A stretch of 45,357 nt of DNA, taken from NCBI GenBank assembly GCA_002633005.1, contig NMRA01000038.1, positions 1,073,761 to 1,119,117 on the forward strand, given 5' to 3'. Below, one piece after another: positions 11,649 through 24,085 of this stretch (its first letter is position 1; every line of letters starts with the position of its first letter). Made by a program: the position numbers and the translations under genes. Source of the stretch: Phoronis australis. Its lineage: Eukaryota; Animalia; Phoronida. Below the pieces are notes generated by a model. It ran no database searches, was not told the DNA's origin, and was given only the letters and a program-made list of their open reading frames with translations.

Positions 11649-12262
11649 CTGAAACAAACCATAATGGGTTCAGTGGTACAACATGGGTTGTCATTTACCC
11701 AAGAATTCATTTTTTAAGGTCAATGATTTTTGAAGGGATATTTTCTTTCTGCTCATTAACTGAAACATAAATAATAAACGAGATTGGTCAACTACACAAA
11801 CCTTTCCATACCATGATAGAAAATTTGAGGATTTGACCTATGGCGGTGACATCTTATTTCCGATATACTCTGTTCCTTGTGTTTTGGGTGGTGAGATTTT
11901 ACTTCAGCGTTATCGGATGGTGCGCACCTCAATAATATCTCGCGCAAAAGATTTGTTAATCTATGAAATTATCAAATGCATTTTGAGGCTTGCTGTCAAT
12001 CTTTTATTTTTGTATGAAGGCTGCTTAGTTACACCCACAGCAAACAGCCCACTGTACTCAAGTCCTCTGTGAACTCATCAGATGTTTATGCACTGACAAA
12101 CGTCCCCCCAATACATTCAAAAAAATGACAGAAGTGCTGTAGACGAAATCCGCCAAAATTAAATACACTCCCGTACAAATCAATTGAGGAATCGGCGCAT
12201 AAAATAGAAAGCCAGAAGTCACAGGGATGGAGTTACCATCTGTTACGTAGTGAGATTGATTA

Positions 12263-12538
<276 letters not shown>

Positions 12539-13402
12539 TCAAGAACTACTGAGTATTACAAGAAGCAGTGATGGAGCCAATGTCAGGTAAGTCAACAACT
12601 GAATTTCACAACTATTTAATTGCACTACAAAAACTTTTACACAAGAAATTATTTCTTTTACATTTTAAAAATAAGAGTGAAATCATCAATCTTTTACCTT
12701 TGAATAAGAAGATAGTAGAAAACCAATGCCGTTATCTTACAACTTTTATTTATAGGCAGATGGATAAAAAATTGTAATTAATTAAGCAAATAAGAGTGCT
12801 CAATTCAAACCAAACTTCCTTTGTAATATTATAATTGTGTTGATGAATAATAGTTCAAATTCTTGAAAAAAACCCTTTAGCCCAGCGTATCAGCAGGTCG
12901 CTGGAATCTGTAGTTGTGTACATAATCGAAATTGTAGCTGTATTGAGTTGTAGCGACCTTTATGAGTCAGAGTCCCCATTGAATCCGCTGCATTCAAGCT
13001 GTGATGGCTGTTGATCGATTATTTGACCTTCGGCCATCACTTGCTATGCCAGGAAAATGAGCAAGTTTAACTCAACAAACCTGAGGCGCATTCACCCACA
13101 CTGGCGTGCGACGAGTTTGGAGAGGTCATACTTGTGTGATACAAAATCTCACAAGTATTCCTAAAGCAGCATTACAAGCATTGTAGTCACCACCAAACTA
13201 AGACAGGATGCCTACGCAGAGTGATGAATTATAGAAGTAATGTTTACAGTCATTCCAATGGCATGCGAGAAGATATCTGGACAGAGGTATCTATCTCCTG
13301 GGTTACGTACCCATCTATGGCAATCCCAAGTGCTCAAGTACAAAATTGAAAACACTTGTCCCAAATAATGAATATAGGGAATCAATAATCAAAATCAAAT
13401 TG

Positions 13403-13553
13403 GGTTGAGAGATTAGGATGTGGGGTTTGAGTTGAGAGATAGGATGTGGGGTTTGAGTTGTGAGATAGGATGTGGGGTTTGAGTTGTGAGATAGGATGTG
13501 GGGTTTGAGTTGTGAGATAGGATGTGGGGTTTGAGTTGTGAGATAGGATGTGG
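13403..13553. repeat. 26-bp minisatellite (AGGATGTGGGGTTTGAGTTGTGAGAT), about 6 copies
   Basis: AGGATG recurs at 13415, 13441, 13467, 13493, 13519 and 13545. Confidence 0.95.
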
Positions 13554-13567
13554 AGCCTAAGTCTTAC

Positions 13568-13674
13568 CTAGTTGGCCTTCTAGGGAAGACACAACACCTT
13601 TCAATTGAGAGATCTCTAACGCATGCCACAGCAAACTATCATCCTTGACACTGCCGTACGGGTCCAAGTTTGAT
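13568..13674 (-). CDS. ABCC9: ABCC exon (SNLDPY...LWHALEISQLK...)
   Basis: NLDP motif, 107 nt, phase 2 to 1. Confidence 0.95.
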
Positions 13675-14674
13675 CTATTAAGAAAGGAAAATAGGTCAGT
13701 TCCACATGGACAACAAATGCAAACAAAGGTTTCCACAGGCACAGACGACACTCTATTTGAATGACCTTAACAGCAAAACATCTCACATCGAAGACAGTGG
13801 AAATCAGTGCACTGCGTACAATGCATCTTTGACAGGTGAAGAATAGAATGTATTATGAAATCGACATGGAAAGCTGTATAAATAAATACGATAACATGTG
13901 AAATGTCAACCAGAACATGAAGACACCAATCTGTTATGTGTCTTTGCAACAACCCACAAGAACTTAATGTGAAGATACATTCTTGTATGTATTTGAGTCA
14001 TGTAACTTAATTTCATCTTTTGTATAATTCAGCTGTACAAACTTCAGGGACCTTGCAAGAACGTCGCCACTGAAAACTTTTCTATCTCAGAATGAACTGC
14101 AAGCTGTCTTTTGGGAATAAATATTACGGTACAAATTCTTCAGTTTGGTCAGTCTCTAAATTTGGGACACCAAAATTCATGCGGGAATTGAATTCATTTC
14201 ATTCTGAAAATTGAGCATGGACGATTTTGTCATTCATCTTATTTCTGAAATATCAAACGCTGCGCTTTGTACCAACACAGCCTCTAAATATAATTGACGG
14301 TTGATAACATTGTCAAAAATGGCCATTAACAAAACATTTTCATGAGTTCTCATAGAGTATAACAACAAGGTGAATGAATGCTCGTCATGGACTGTAACTC
14401 TTGAATTTATGACGGCCGATATTGCCGATTTCTAAAATTTGGTACATGCTCTGACCTTGAGTAAAACAATTATTTTTCACTGCCACAAACCGGAGAATGT
14501 TTACCGTAGGCAAATTGTTGCCCGTACACAGCATCATGGATGAAGACCAATCTAAAGTACAGAGTGAGTGTTTCTCTCTTTTCTTGACCATTCCTCAGGA
14601 TTAACAAAACATCACTAAGCTACACAAAAATCATTTTGCCAAGCTACAGTATTACAATAAGTCTTGCCCTGTAC

Positions 14675-14862
14675 CTGACTGTGCCAATAAAGAGAGCCGG
14701 ATCTTGTGGGATGATGGACAGACGACTTCTGAGCTCAGCCAATGGTACACTGCCAATATCGACATCGTCAATGAAAATGCTACCACTGCACAGATCGATC
14801 ATGCGAAACAAGCCCAGGGTTATAGAGGACTTACCGCTCCCTGTCCGTCCACACAGTCCAAC
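14675..14862 (-). CDS. ABCC9: ABCC exon, NBD2 Walker A to Q-loop (GRTGSGKSS...LSIIPQDP)
   Basis: Canonical motifs, 188 nt. Confidence 0.95.
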
Positions 14863-15233
14863 CTTAAGAGATCACAACAGTGAAATAAGATCACACAGTA
14901 CACTGGATAGCACATGACATCTCCCTTAAGCACCAAACTTACCAAAGTTGGCTTAAAGTGATCTAGGGTAGTCAAGATAAAAGTTTATATTCTTCATTCA
15001 ACATTATGACATAATATTTGTCAGTGATAAGGATGAATTCCATGACTTCAAAATTTGTGATAAAGAACCACCGCTTGATACATCATAAAATAAATGCAAA
15101 CCCAAAAAAACGCTAACAGCAGATTACAATACATGTATGGCAGAATTCTCAAAACGTGACGGAATTTCAGGCAAACAAGTTTTGTTACCAAATATCATCA
15201 CGCTACAGGGAATCCATGTTCTACACTACACCC

Positions 15234-15381
15234 CTGGGCTCCGTTTCCTGAAAGTTTGTCTCAGAGTTTGATTATTGGCACGGTGTCAACAGCACAGTTC
15301 AACAAGTGCAACGCGACATGTAATAGCATAGTTATTTCAGTCTAAGTTCAGACTAAAATAGTTTAATGAAATAGAGCCCTG
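15234..15381. mobile_element. Small PIF/Harbinger-like MITE
   Basis: Imperfect TIRs GGGCTCCGTTTCCTGAAA and TTTAATGAAATAGAGCCC, flanked by CTG. Confidence 0.5.
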
Positions 15382-15516
15382 GCGTTGTAAGTCTACTGAA
15401 GGCAACGAGTGATGGTGAATTTGAAAAGTACATGAAACTCTTTCTCTTCACCCCCAGTGGATTGAGGGTACATCGTCTATAGATCATCCAACTGTACGTG
15501 TTTACGAATGACCTAC

Positions 15517-15647
15517 CTTAGTCCCACCTTTTATTACAGCAGTTAGTTCATGTACCACAGTTGGCAGAGTGTCTGCGTATCTCAAACTGGCGTTTTTGAA
15601 CTCAATTCGGCCCTCGTGAGGCCAATCCTTTGAGATCTTTGACTCGG
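15517..15647 (-). CDS. ABCC9: ABCC exon, NBD2 start (DWPHEGRIEFKNASLRY...)
   Basis: WPxxGxIxF motif, 131 nt. Confidence 0.95.
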
Positions 15648-16080
15648 CTGATCATAAAAACAATGACAAATAAGTGCAAACATAGCAAACATAACAACTG
15701 CTTAACAAGACAAATACGAATCTTTCCTCCAAAACCAAGCGCAGTTGGGCATTTTGACAACACAGCTTTTAGTCTATCCAGAAGCAAGTAATTAAGTTTT
15801 CTTGATTTTGCATCAGGTAACTACAGGATAGTCTTTTTCTCCATTAAAAAGGTAAAAGAGACTTGAAACAAACAAACTGCACAAAGTGTTCGTGCATGCC
15901 TGTAGACCACCTGAACAAAGCCTATAGATTCTTGTTTTGCTTTGAATTTGTACAAACAGGTCCATTCACCCGAACCACTTTAAAGGAGTGTATACTTAAA
16001 GCATAGTCTACTTAACAACTTGCCTTAAGCAGTACAGACTCCTACATAAATAATATCAACAAAGATGGCACGATATTTAC

Positions 16081-16204
16081 GTTTATCAGAAACTGTAGAT
16101 TGCTCCTGGTCAATGTTGGTATAATGTAAAACTCTCTCCACAGCATTGGAGTGCATCTCAAAGTCAGTCAGATGTCGAACCAACCAGTTGAGCAAGGTGG
16201 AGAT
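16081..16204 (-). CDS. ABCC9: ABCC exon (ISTLLNWLVRHLTDFEMHSNAVERVLHY...)
   Basis: LNWxVR...E...AVERV motif, 124 nt, phase 0 to 1. Confidence 0.92.
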
Positions 16205-16542
16205 CTGGCAAGAGACATAGAATATTAGCAATGTCACACTGAAATGAATGCTCCACAGTGTTAGGGCAGATATCAAAGTCAGCATGACTAATAAGTTGTG
16301 TTTACAAATTACACCCCAACACCTGCAGACTGCCCATTACCACACTCTTTGTGTTTCCAACACAACAAACGTAATCTGATGGAAATAATTCAGGCACAGT
16401 ACTTTCTAACAAAGATTTACAGGCTCAGTTAGCTTGGGCATGTCTTTATCAATAAGACCGACTTGACACATGGCTGGGGTAAAGTACTTTGCCTAGCCTA
16501 GTCTTGATGTAGTAAGGTCTGTAATGCTTTTCTCATGCCATG

Positions 16543-16583
16543 AGTCAGATGCTAGACCAACCAGATGAGCAGGGTGGAGATCT
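16543..16583 (-). pseudogene. Decayed duplicate of the 5' part of ABCC exon 16081-16204
   Basis: ccAG ATC TCC ACC CTG CTC ATC TGG TTG GTC TAG CAT CTG ACT versus the real ccAG ATC TCC ACC TTG CTC AAC TGG TTG GTT CGA CAT CTG ACT. Confidence 0.75.
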
Positions 16584-16816
16584 GGTAACTAATGACTAAG
16601 TTGAGTAGCTATACCATGAGCAGCTAAAGGTTTAAAGCATTAGTTCAGAAGTTGGGTTGCATCTCAGAATGAATCTGATATTAGACCAACCACGACTGAA
16701 AGCAGGTATCTGACTACAGGCAGGAAATAGACTGAAGTGGGTCTACTTAAAATGATGCCATCTTTTTTGTGCCTCTTATGTTTGACTAGTGAGCAACTCT
16801 TAAAGCATTTGTTCAC

Positions 16817-16961
16817 ATGGGCGGCGCAGCACTGAAAAAAGTGGGGGGCTAAAGCCCCCTCAGCCCCCTGTGGTGCATTGCCTATAAACCATGTGTGGCG
16901 TAGCACTGAAAAAAGTGGCGGGCTACAGCCCCCCCCAGCCCCTTATGGTGCGCTGCCCATG
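16817..16961. repeat. Two tandem ~74-bp GC-rich hairpin MITE-like units
   Basis: CATGxGxGGCGxAGCACTGAAAAAAGTGG...GCCCC...TGGTGC occurs twice. Confidence 0.75.
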
Positions 16962-17223
16962 GTTCAACCATAAAGTATACGCGATTAAGGAGGTCTTACT
17001 AAACACACGTAAGTACGAATCATGTTCACAATTTCCTGGAAATTAGGTGCAAAAGAGAAGTTATAATCTTTAATACATGGAATGAAATAGCAAAGGCAGC
17101 AATAATTGTTCAGAACAGCACACGCCCAAGAAAGTATGCTCCCGAGATCAGACATTGACAATATGCGTTGAATGAAAATAAGAACACGGAAGAAGGAACA
17201 AGCCATTTACTGTGACACTATAT

Positions 17224-17674
17224 CAGGTTACCTGAACAACATGGCTGCCACACCCATAAACATGGCTGACAGACCCGATAAACCTAGTACACTCACTGCC
17301 AAAAAAGCTCACCAACCGCTAAACACAGCTCATTGACTGCTTAATATGGTAGAGGACATGGCTAACAAACCCAGAAACTCGAGCCTGAACTCATAAACAC
17401 GGCTCACTAACCACCCAACATGACATATGGACGTGGAATAACTGGGCTGTGTTTGTGAGCCTTCGAGTACAAGTCTTTTTTGATTTGTAAGGTATGGGTG
17501 CAGCACCGTGTTTCAAAATCAGTGAGCCGTGTTTAGCAGTCTGTGAGCTGTGTTTTGCAGTTTTGCAAACTTTGAGCCATGTGTTTAGTCAGTGAACAGA
17601 GTTTACTGGAGCCGTGAGCCGTGAAGAAACCATGTTTATGGGTGGTGCGGTAGCCATGTTCTTCAGTTTACCTG
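17224..17674. mobile_element. Foldback element with TIRs and subterminal AAACAYGGCTCAC repeats
   Basis: CAGGTTACCTGAACAACATGGCTGCC...CCCATAAACATGG versus CCATGTTTATGGG...GTAGCCATGTTCTTCAGTTTACCTG. Confidence 0.75.
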
Positions 17675-17687
17675 TTGATGTACTTAC

Positions 17688-17801
17688 ATTCAATGCATAG
17701 ACAATAGCCAGCCCCACAAAGCCAGCAGTTGTGTACCCGTGCACTCCAGCGATGACTCCAATCAGCGCCACACTGAATGTGAACAAAGCTCCCAGGTAGT
17801 C
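17688..17801 (-). CDS. ABCC9: ABCC exon (DYLGALF...AGFVGLAIVYALN)
   Basis: GxVGLxxxYAL motif, 114 nt. Confidence 0.95.
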
Positions 17802-18420
17802 CTGTAACAGCCAATAGAAAGTAAAATTGAGCACGCATAACTCTGACGCCGACTTGTACAATTTAAATGTTGGGATATGCATGAGTTTCAACCAACTTTT
17901 TACAGAGAGACGGAAATTAAAGGATCACGAGAAATCGCTTTCTCTGCCGAGCTTTTCCCGTCACCAAGTGGTGAAAAGTCGAAGATAAGAAAGATCCATG
18001 GTGAGTACTTGGTTTCATCTTTGCGCCTGCCAGAAGAAATAGTTCAACTTTTACAACAGGGTGAGTTAACACAACCACTTTTCCTCAATGGCGATATGTA
18101 CACAAGGGAGCTTAGAGGTAGTTGAACCGTCTCGAGCTTGCATTAACTTTGTTAAGAACTGGGCATTTGAATGTTCTTCATACTGGCAACAGAAAACAAG
18201 TCCTCTCACAGTCAGGAAATATTTGACACGGAGTAGAAGGCCCGGCTCAATTTTTGTTTTTTATGTTATCAAAAGATTCTAACATTGTGCACCAAAGCAT
18301 TAGAATCATAATGCTAGCACTATCCTACCAGTGTTACTAATATCCTAGCAGAAAGCATGTCAAAGCAGTACGGTGACAGTATAAGCTGGAGAATAGTTTG
18401 GTCATTGGTCTCTAGAGGCA

Positions 18421-18891
18421 TTGCAGTATAACATGACCACTTGCTTAGGTTGGTTGCAGACGTTTCGACCTGGTCCGCCTTTCGCTGGTTAAGAATGTTT
18501 GAATACATGGGAGGTAAGTGGAGGCCTCGGTCCCGGTTCAAGAGGGGGCGCTGAATGCTGATGTTTATTGACTCTTTTTAGCTTGCGAGCATACCAGTTC
18601 TGTTCTCTGGCTAGGATCCTGGATGTCGCAAGAGAGATGGAATGCCCAGTAGCCAATATGTGTTCCTCCACAGCTGTTGGTCTGTCTAATTTCTGATGTT
18701 CTTTGAATCTGGTGAGGAACGGTCTCTTGGTTTCTCCAGTGTAGGTGTGGTTGGGATCCTGGTCACATTTCAGCTGGTATATGACCCCACATTAAACAGA
18801 ACCCCGATGGCTAAACAATGTGGTGGTCCAGGTCGAAACGTCTGCAACCAACCTACCACGTCTCTAAGTAAGTGATCATCTTATACTGCAA
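18421..18891 (-). mobile_element. Second Penelope-like GIY-YIG fragment (frameshifted) with inverted terminal copies
   Basis: The minus strand at ~18790-18490 encodes GVIYQLKC...YTGETKRPFLTRFKEH...TAVEEHILATGH.../...LNRDRGLHLPPMY. Arms 18421-18474 and 18828-18891 are inverted and contain GAAACGTC. Confidence 0.85.
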
Positions 18892-19437
18892 AGTATAAGC
18901 TGACTAAAACTTCTAGAATTATGAACACTGCTTCCCTGTTCCATTTCAAAGGCACAGCTAAAAACACCACCGGCAAGCCATTAGGGGGGAGGGGGTTACA
19001 GAACATCCCCTAGAGGCACCTCAGGTGCTGATGTCCCGCTTTTTCATTTTGAAATGATGGCAACTATGCCCACGTTGCAATGTTACATTGACAAAGATGA
19101 AACAGTGGATATCGAGCATGTAAGGATAGTGCCACAGGTGGAGAACATGATATCACCATTGAAATTGTCAACATGTTGCATTGCACCTGGCTTAGCAATG
19201 TACCAAACACACAGCAAACAGCAACAACAACTGAGATGTTAATAATGAAATCAACTAGAGTCTCATTGGTAGATGTGCACATTCTGCGCTGGGACAAAAT
19301 TACAACAGAGTGTTATCAGACACACCGTTATCAGCGTGGACTATGAGTCCTCCATATCAGGACATCATGACCTCTCTCAACACTGACTTCATATGTATGT
19401 CGTTAGACTCAACAAGCTGGTCATATCAAGCACCAAC

Positions 19438-20143
19438 ATGTTTATCACAGCGCTGTTTTCGCTACTTTGCATGGGGATCACACACGCGCAACTAACACCC
19501 GACGGCTGTCGTTTCCAAACGGGAAAATGCAGATATGAAGTCAAACTTTCACAAGAAGGAACGTGTAAAGACTCCAGTACAGCAGAGCAAATGAAAGACG
19601 TTGAAGCTAAACTGAAACTGTTGGAATCAGACAGCACGAATCACAAAGTGAGCGTGGAGGCACTAAAAATTCAACTGAAAGAGCTTGTAGCCGCGGTGCA
19701 GTATGTGCAATCAAAGCTTGGAGGTGTGCAAAATGATAAGAAAGATTTGCTTAAATGGCAACAGAACAGTACAGGAATTCAAAATAAGATGGATAGCCGG
19801 ATCCAGTTACTCGAAGGACTTGTGGAGGATCTTAGAATGAAGGCGAGAAACGACAGTCAATGTAGCAGTCACGTGATAGAGATGCAGAGGAAACTGGATG
19901 ACGGGCGGACGGAATGCTCGCGCCAAGTGAAGGATATTCAGTTGAGACTGAGTCAAGCTTTGTCGCAATTGACAGAAGAGTTGTCGCGCAAGAATACAAC
20001 ATTAGATAAACTGACAAAGTGTCAGGGGGAACTTGCAGAAAAACAGGACTGCTTGAAGAATTTGACTGAAGTAGAAGCACAACTATCAAAACAGCTGAAG
20101 TTCAACGCATCAACACTACAAGTAGACAAGAGATATCCAAAAG
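19438..20143 (+). CDS. Nested secreted protein, exon 1: signal peptide, Cys motif and coiled coil
   Basis: ccaacATG start; MFITALFSLLCMGITHA is signal-like, followed by GCRFQTGKCRYEVKL and a long heptad-rich Q/K/E/L region. Donor AAAG|GTAATA, phase 1. An alternative in-frame ATG lies at 19393. Confidence 0.8.
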
Positions 20144-20330
20144 GTAATACCCCCAGCAGTTTAAAACCAAGAGAGCAGAAAGGTTGAATTCCTATCCTCC
20201 TTAGTCTACTACAATATGGTGCAAATAACAAATGAAAAATGAGACCCAAAAATAGCTGTCAGAAATCTAAATAAATGCACACCCACAAGATGCATCGGAA
20301 ATGGCAATTAAGTTTTACTTCACTACTCAT

Positions 20331-20915
20331 ATCCACATAGTGGTCTCACAGTGACTATAGTTCCTGGTACATGATTAGACCTGAGGCGTCATTGGCATGA
20401 CCTACACACATCCACATAGTGGTCTCACAGTGACTATAGTTCCTGGTACATGATTAGACCTGAGCCGTCATTGGCATGACCTACACACATCCACATAGTG
20501 GTCTCACAGTGACTATAGTTCCTGGTACATGATTAGACCTGAGCCGTCATTGGCATGACCTACACACATCCACATAGTGGTCTCACAGTGACTATAGTTC
20601 CTGGTACATGATTAGACCTGAGCCGTCATTGGCATGACCTACACACATCCACATAGTGGTCTCACAGTGACTATAGTTCCTGGTACATGATTAGACCTGA
20701 GCCGTCATTGGCATGACCTACACACATCCACATAGTGGTCTCACAGTGACTATAGTTCCTGGTACATGATTAGACCTGAGCCGTCATTGGCATGACCTAC
20801 ACACATCCACATAGTGGTCTCACAGTGACTATAGTTCCTGGTACATGATTAGACCTGAGCCGTCATTGGCATGACCTACACACATCCACATAGTGGTCTC
20901 ACAGTGACTATAGTT
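20331..20915. repeat. 79-bp tandem repeat, about 7.4 near-identical copies ending at an N
   Basis: TCCACATAG recurs at 20332, 20411, 20490 and onward. Confidence 0.95.
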
Positions 20916-20916
20916 N

Positions 20917-21257
20917 TTAGATAAACTGACAAAGTGTCAGGGGGAACTTGCAGAAAAACAGGACTGCTTGAAGAATTTGACTGTAGTAGAAGCACAACTA
21001 TCAAAACAGCTAAAGTTCAATGCGTCAACACTACAAGTAGACAAGAGATATCCAAAAGGTAATACCTGCAGCAGTTTAAAACCAAGAGAGCACAAAGGTT
21101 GAATTCCTATCCTCCTTAGTCTACTACAATAGGGTGCAAATAACAAATCAAAAATGAGACCCAAAAATAGCTGTCAGAAATCTAAATAAACGCACACCCA
21201 CAAGATGCATTCAGTACTCATATCCACATAGTGGTCTCACAGTGACTATAGTTCCTG
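20917..21257 (+). repeat. Duplicate of ~20002-20366 (3' end of nested exon 1 plus donor), probable second haplotype
   Basis: Starts right after the N at 20916 at an offset of 915. It has scattered SNPs and only one partial copy of the 79-bp unit. Confidence 0.85.
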
Positions 21258-21451
21258 TCAGACCTGAACCATCACTGGCGTGCTAACAAGATGCATGCAC
21301 AACATTGTCACACAAACAGAATGATGAAATGCCAAGTGCAATAAATATACATAAATAAATAAATAGATATTAATAGGTCCATGTAGCTAGTATTGCAGTC
21401 GACACTTAAGTTTAAATGCTATTATACATATAATGTAATTCAACTTTTCAG

Positions 21452-22068
21452 TCGCCAAATCTTGCTCTGAGTGGAAGAGCCAGGGCTTCACCAAGACAGG
21501 CACGTATATTATTGACCCTGATGGCTTCAACAACGGAGTAGGGCCACTAGAGGTCACCTGTGACATGAACCATGAAAATGGTACACGGACCACAATACAC
21601 CATAGAAACGAAGCCCCAGCAGAAGTTACACAGTGTGCAACCCCACTATGTCATGAGGTGAACATCCAATATGGTGCCTTGCTAGAGCAAGTCGCAGCCG
21701 TCATCGATAATTCAGTCTCATGCAAACAGTACGTCAAGTACGAATGTATCGGCTTCAATTTGTTCTTGATTTACGGGGACTCCCCGTACGCCGCTTGGTA
21801 CACACGTGATGGCCACCTCATGAAAAACTGGGGAGGGGTCCCCGATGGGGGCAGTGGATGCGCGTGTGGCTTGACCAATTCCTGTCTCAAGTACAGCTTG
21901 AAATGTAACTGTGATGCCAATGAACAACGATGGGGAGAGGATTCCGGTTTTTTGACAAACAAGGACAACTTACCCGTGACGAGATTGGCATTTGGTGATG
22001 GAAGAGTAGATAACAACGGCAACGAAGCTGCGTGGGTTACACTAGGCCCAGTAGAGTGCGAAGATTGA
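21452..22068 (+). CDS. Nested secreted protein, exon 2: Caspr/neurexin-IV-type fibrinogen-like domain
   Basis: Acceptor cttttcAG, phase 1. Reads KSCSEWKSQG..TGTYIIDPDG...GPLEVTCDM...SCKQYVKYEC...WGG...CACG..CNCDAN...WGEDSG...LPVT...TLGPVEC. The spliced product is about 440 aa. Confidence 0.9.
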
Positions 22069-23405
22069 GGATCATTATAAAAAGATTTAAGATTTATAGC
22101 ATTCTACAGACATTCGACGGCGATGATACTACTTGGTGTCGTGGCAGCGGAGAACAATCAAGATGAGCAAAAACCGCACAGTGTAAGTTAAAAAAATCTT
22201 CAAGGAAATAACTTGAACACTTCAAGAGATTGTGAGAAGAAAAAACAGTTTCAGTTTGAGTTCAATTGCAGGATGCCACTGTGTTAAAGAGTATTTGGGG
22301 CAGGGGGGGGGGAGGGGGTGGGGGTCAAAGTAAAAACAGGACAACCCCTAGTTATTCATAACTTGCAATGACTCAGTTCCATAACTGCTTGAAAATAAAG
22401 CTTCATAGTGGATTATCGGTAGAAACTGTTTACATCTTTGATTATCTTGCTGTTTACTAACTAGATCAAGACTGTCTTTTTACCAACTGGACTAACGTAG
22501 AAAAAATACAAACCACATAGAAATCATAGGCTAAAAATGACATATGTCCAGATCGGATAAAATTACAACGTAGAGACAGATAAAACACTATAAGATCTAG
22601 TAAAAATATATTAATAATATAAAAAACACCAGCTTTCGAGCCTTAATATATTTTGTGCGGTTCTTCACCAGGTATGAAGAAAAGTGGCGTGGCAGACTTT
22701 CTTATACCAACCTGTTGAGAACTAAGAGGGGAGGGGACGAGAGAAAATGAAGAAGGGGAGAGCAAATGGGAAGGGTTAAAGACATCGACTCATGTGGCCC
22801 ATGACTTTATTAAGACCACCATCTTGCTGGTGTTGAATAACAAAATCATTCTTGATTTCTTTGAAATCATAGATCACACAAACATCAATAAATCAAACTA
22901 TGATTCCCAATGGCTTAGTCACAGAATGGAGAGTAACCACTCGGGGTCGATAACAGTATTATACATAATACACACAGTTGATGATGGGAGTGATAAAACC
23001 AACAGTTGCTTTCTTCCATTTTTCAGGAGACACAAAGCTTTTCAAAATATCTGTTGAAACGATATTTATTCTGCTGTATTCACTACATTTAATAAAACAG
23101 GAGCCAAGTGATTATTTCGTTGTCCACTTTCAACATCTACTAACAATTTCTGTGTGAGACTTTTTTGCGTCATGTTGCCAATACGAAGTGTCAAGACATG
23201 CACGCCCGCACGCGCACACACACACACACGCATAGATACATAAAACCTACATTCATTGTCAACAATCTCCCTGACAATCGTAATCAATTAAGAACGTGTA
23301 AGGTGTTTTAAAATGATGACCAGACCAAATTAATCACATGTTGTATGTGAAATGACTAAAAGTTCTTTCACTGTCGACAATACAAACAGTAATAAAGAAA
23401 CTCAC

Positions 23406-23508
23406 CAGTCGGATGCCAAGCCAGCGGTTGGCAGTGTTTAAGAACAGGAACGTCAAACTGTACATGTCTATGGCTCTGAACAGAGACTGGAAAAATCTCT
23501 CACCGTCC
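23406..23508 (-). CDS. ABCC9: ABCC exon (DGERFF...NTANRWLGIRL)
   Basis: ANRWLxxRL motif, 103 nt. Confidence 0.95.
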
Positions 23509-23629
23509 CTGCAACATACCAAAGTGAGTGAATTCCCCTCTAGTTAACCCTTTTCTCCAATAGTAGTTTGAAAGTGACAAAAATATCACAATGTTGCATT
23601 TAGTAAACCATTCTTAAAAAATATTTCTT

Positions 23630-23800
23630 AATACTATTGCTGATGATGCTAATAATAATAACAATAATACAAAATAATAACTATTACTATTATTATGGTA
23701 ATGATAATTATAATAACAATGATATTATCATAATTCTTATTATTGCATTACTATTAAAGTAAGCATGATAATAATGATAATAAAAATAATAACATAAAAA
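23630..23800. repeat. Degenerate (AAT)n/(ATT)n low-complexity tract
   Basis: Directly visible in the sequence. Confidence 0.85.
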
Positions 23801-23908
23801 TGTTGATTAGGAAGTGATCTCTTAATCCAAAGTGCTTTACAACATCAGTACCATGGCAGCTGTCTGACTCCAACATCTAATGACTATTATAATTATAATT
23901 ATGACTCA

Positions 23909-24085
<177 letters not shown>

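Noticed and set aside
19393-20187. Stand-alone 264-aa coiled-coil ORF
   Set aside because: It is better explained as exon 1 spliced at 20143 in phase with the exon at 21452.
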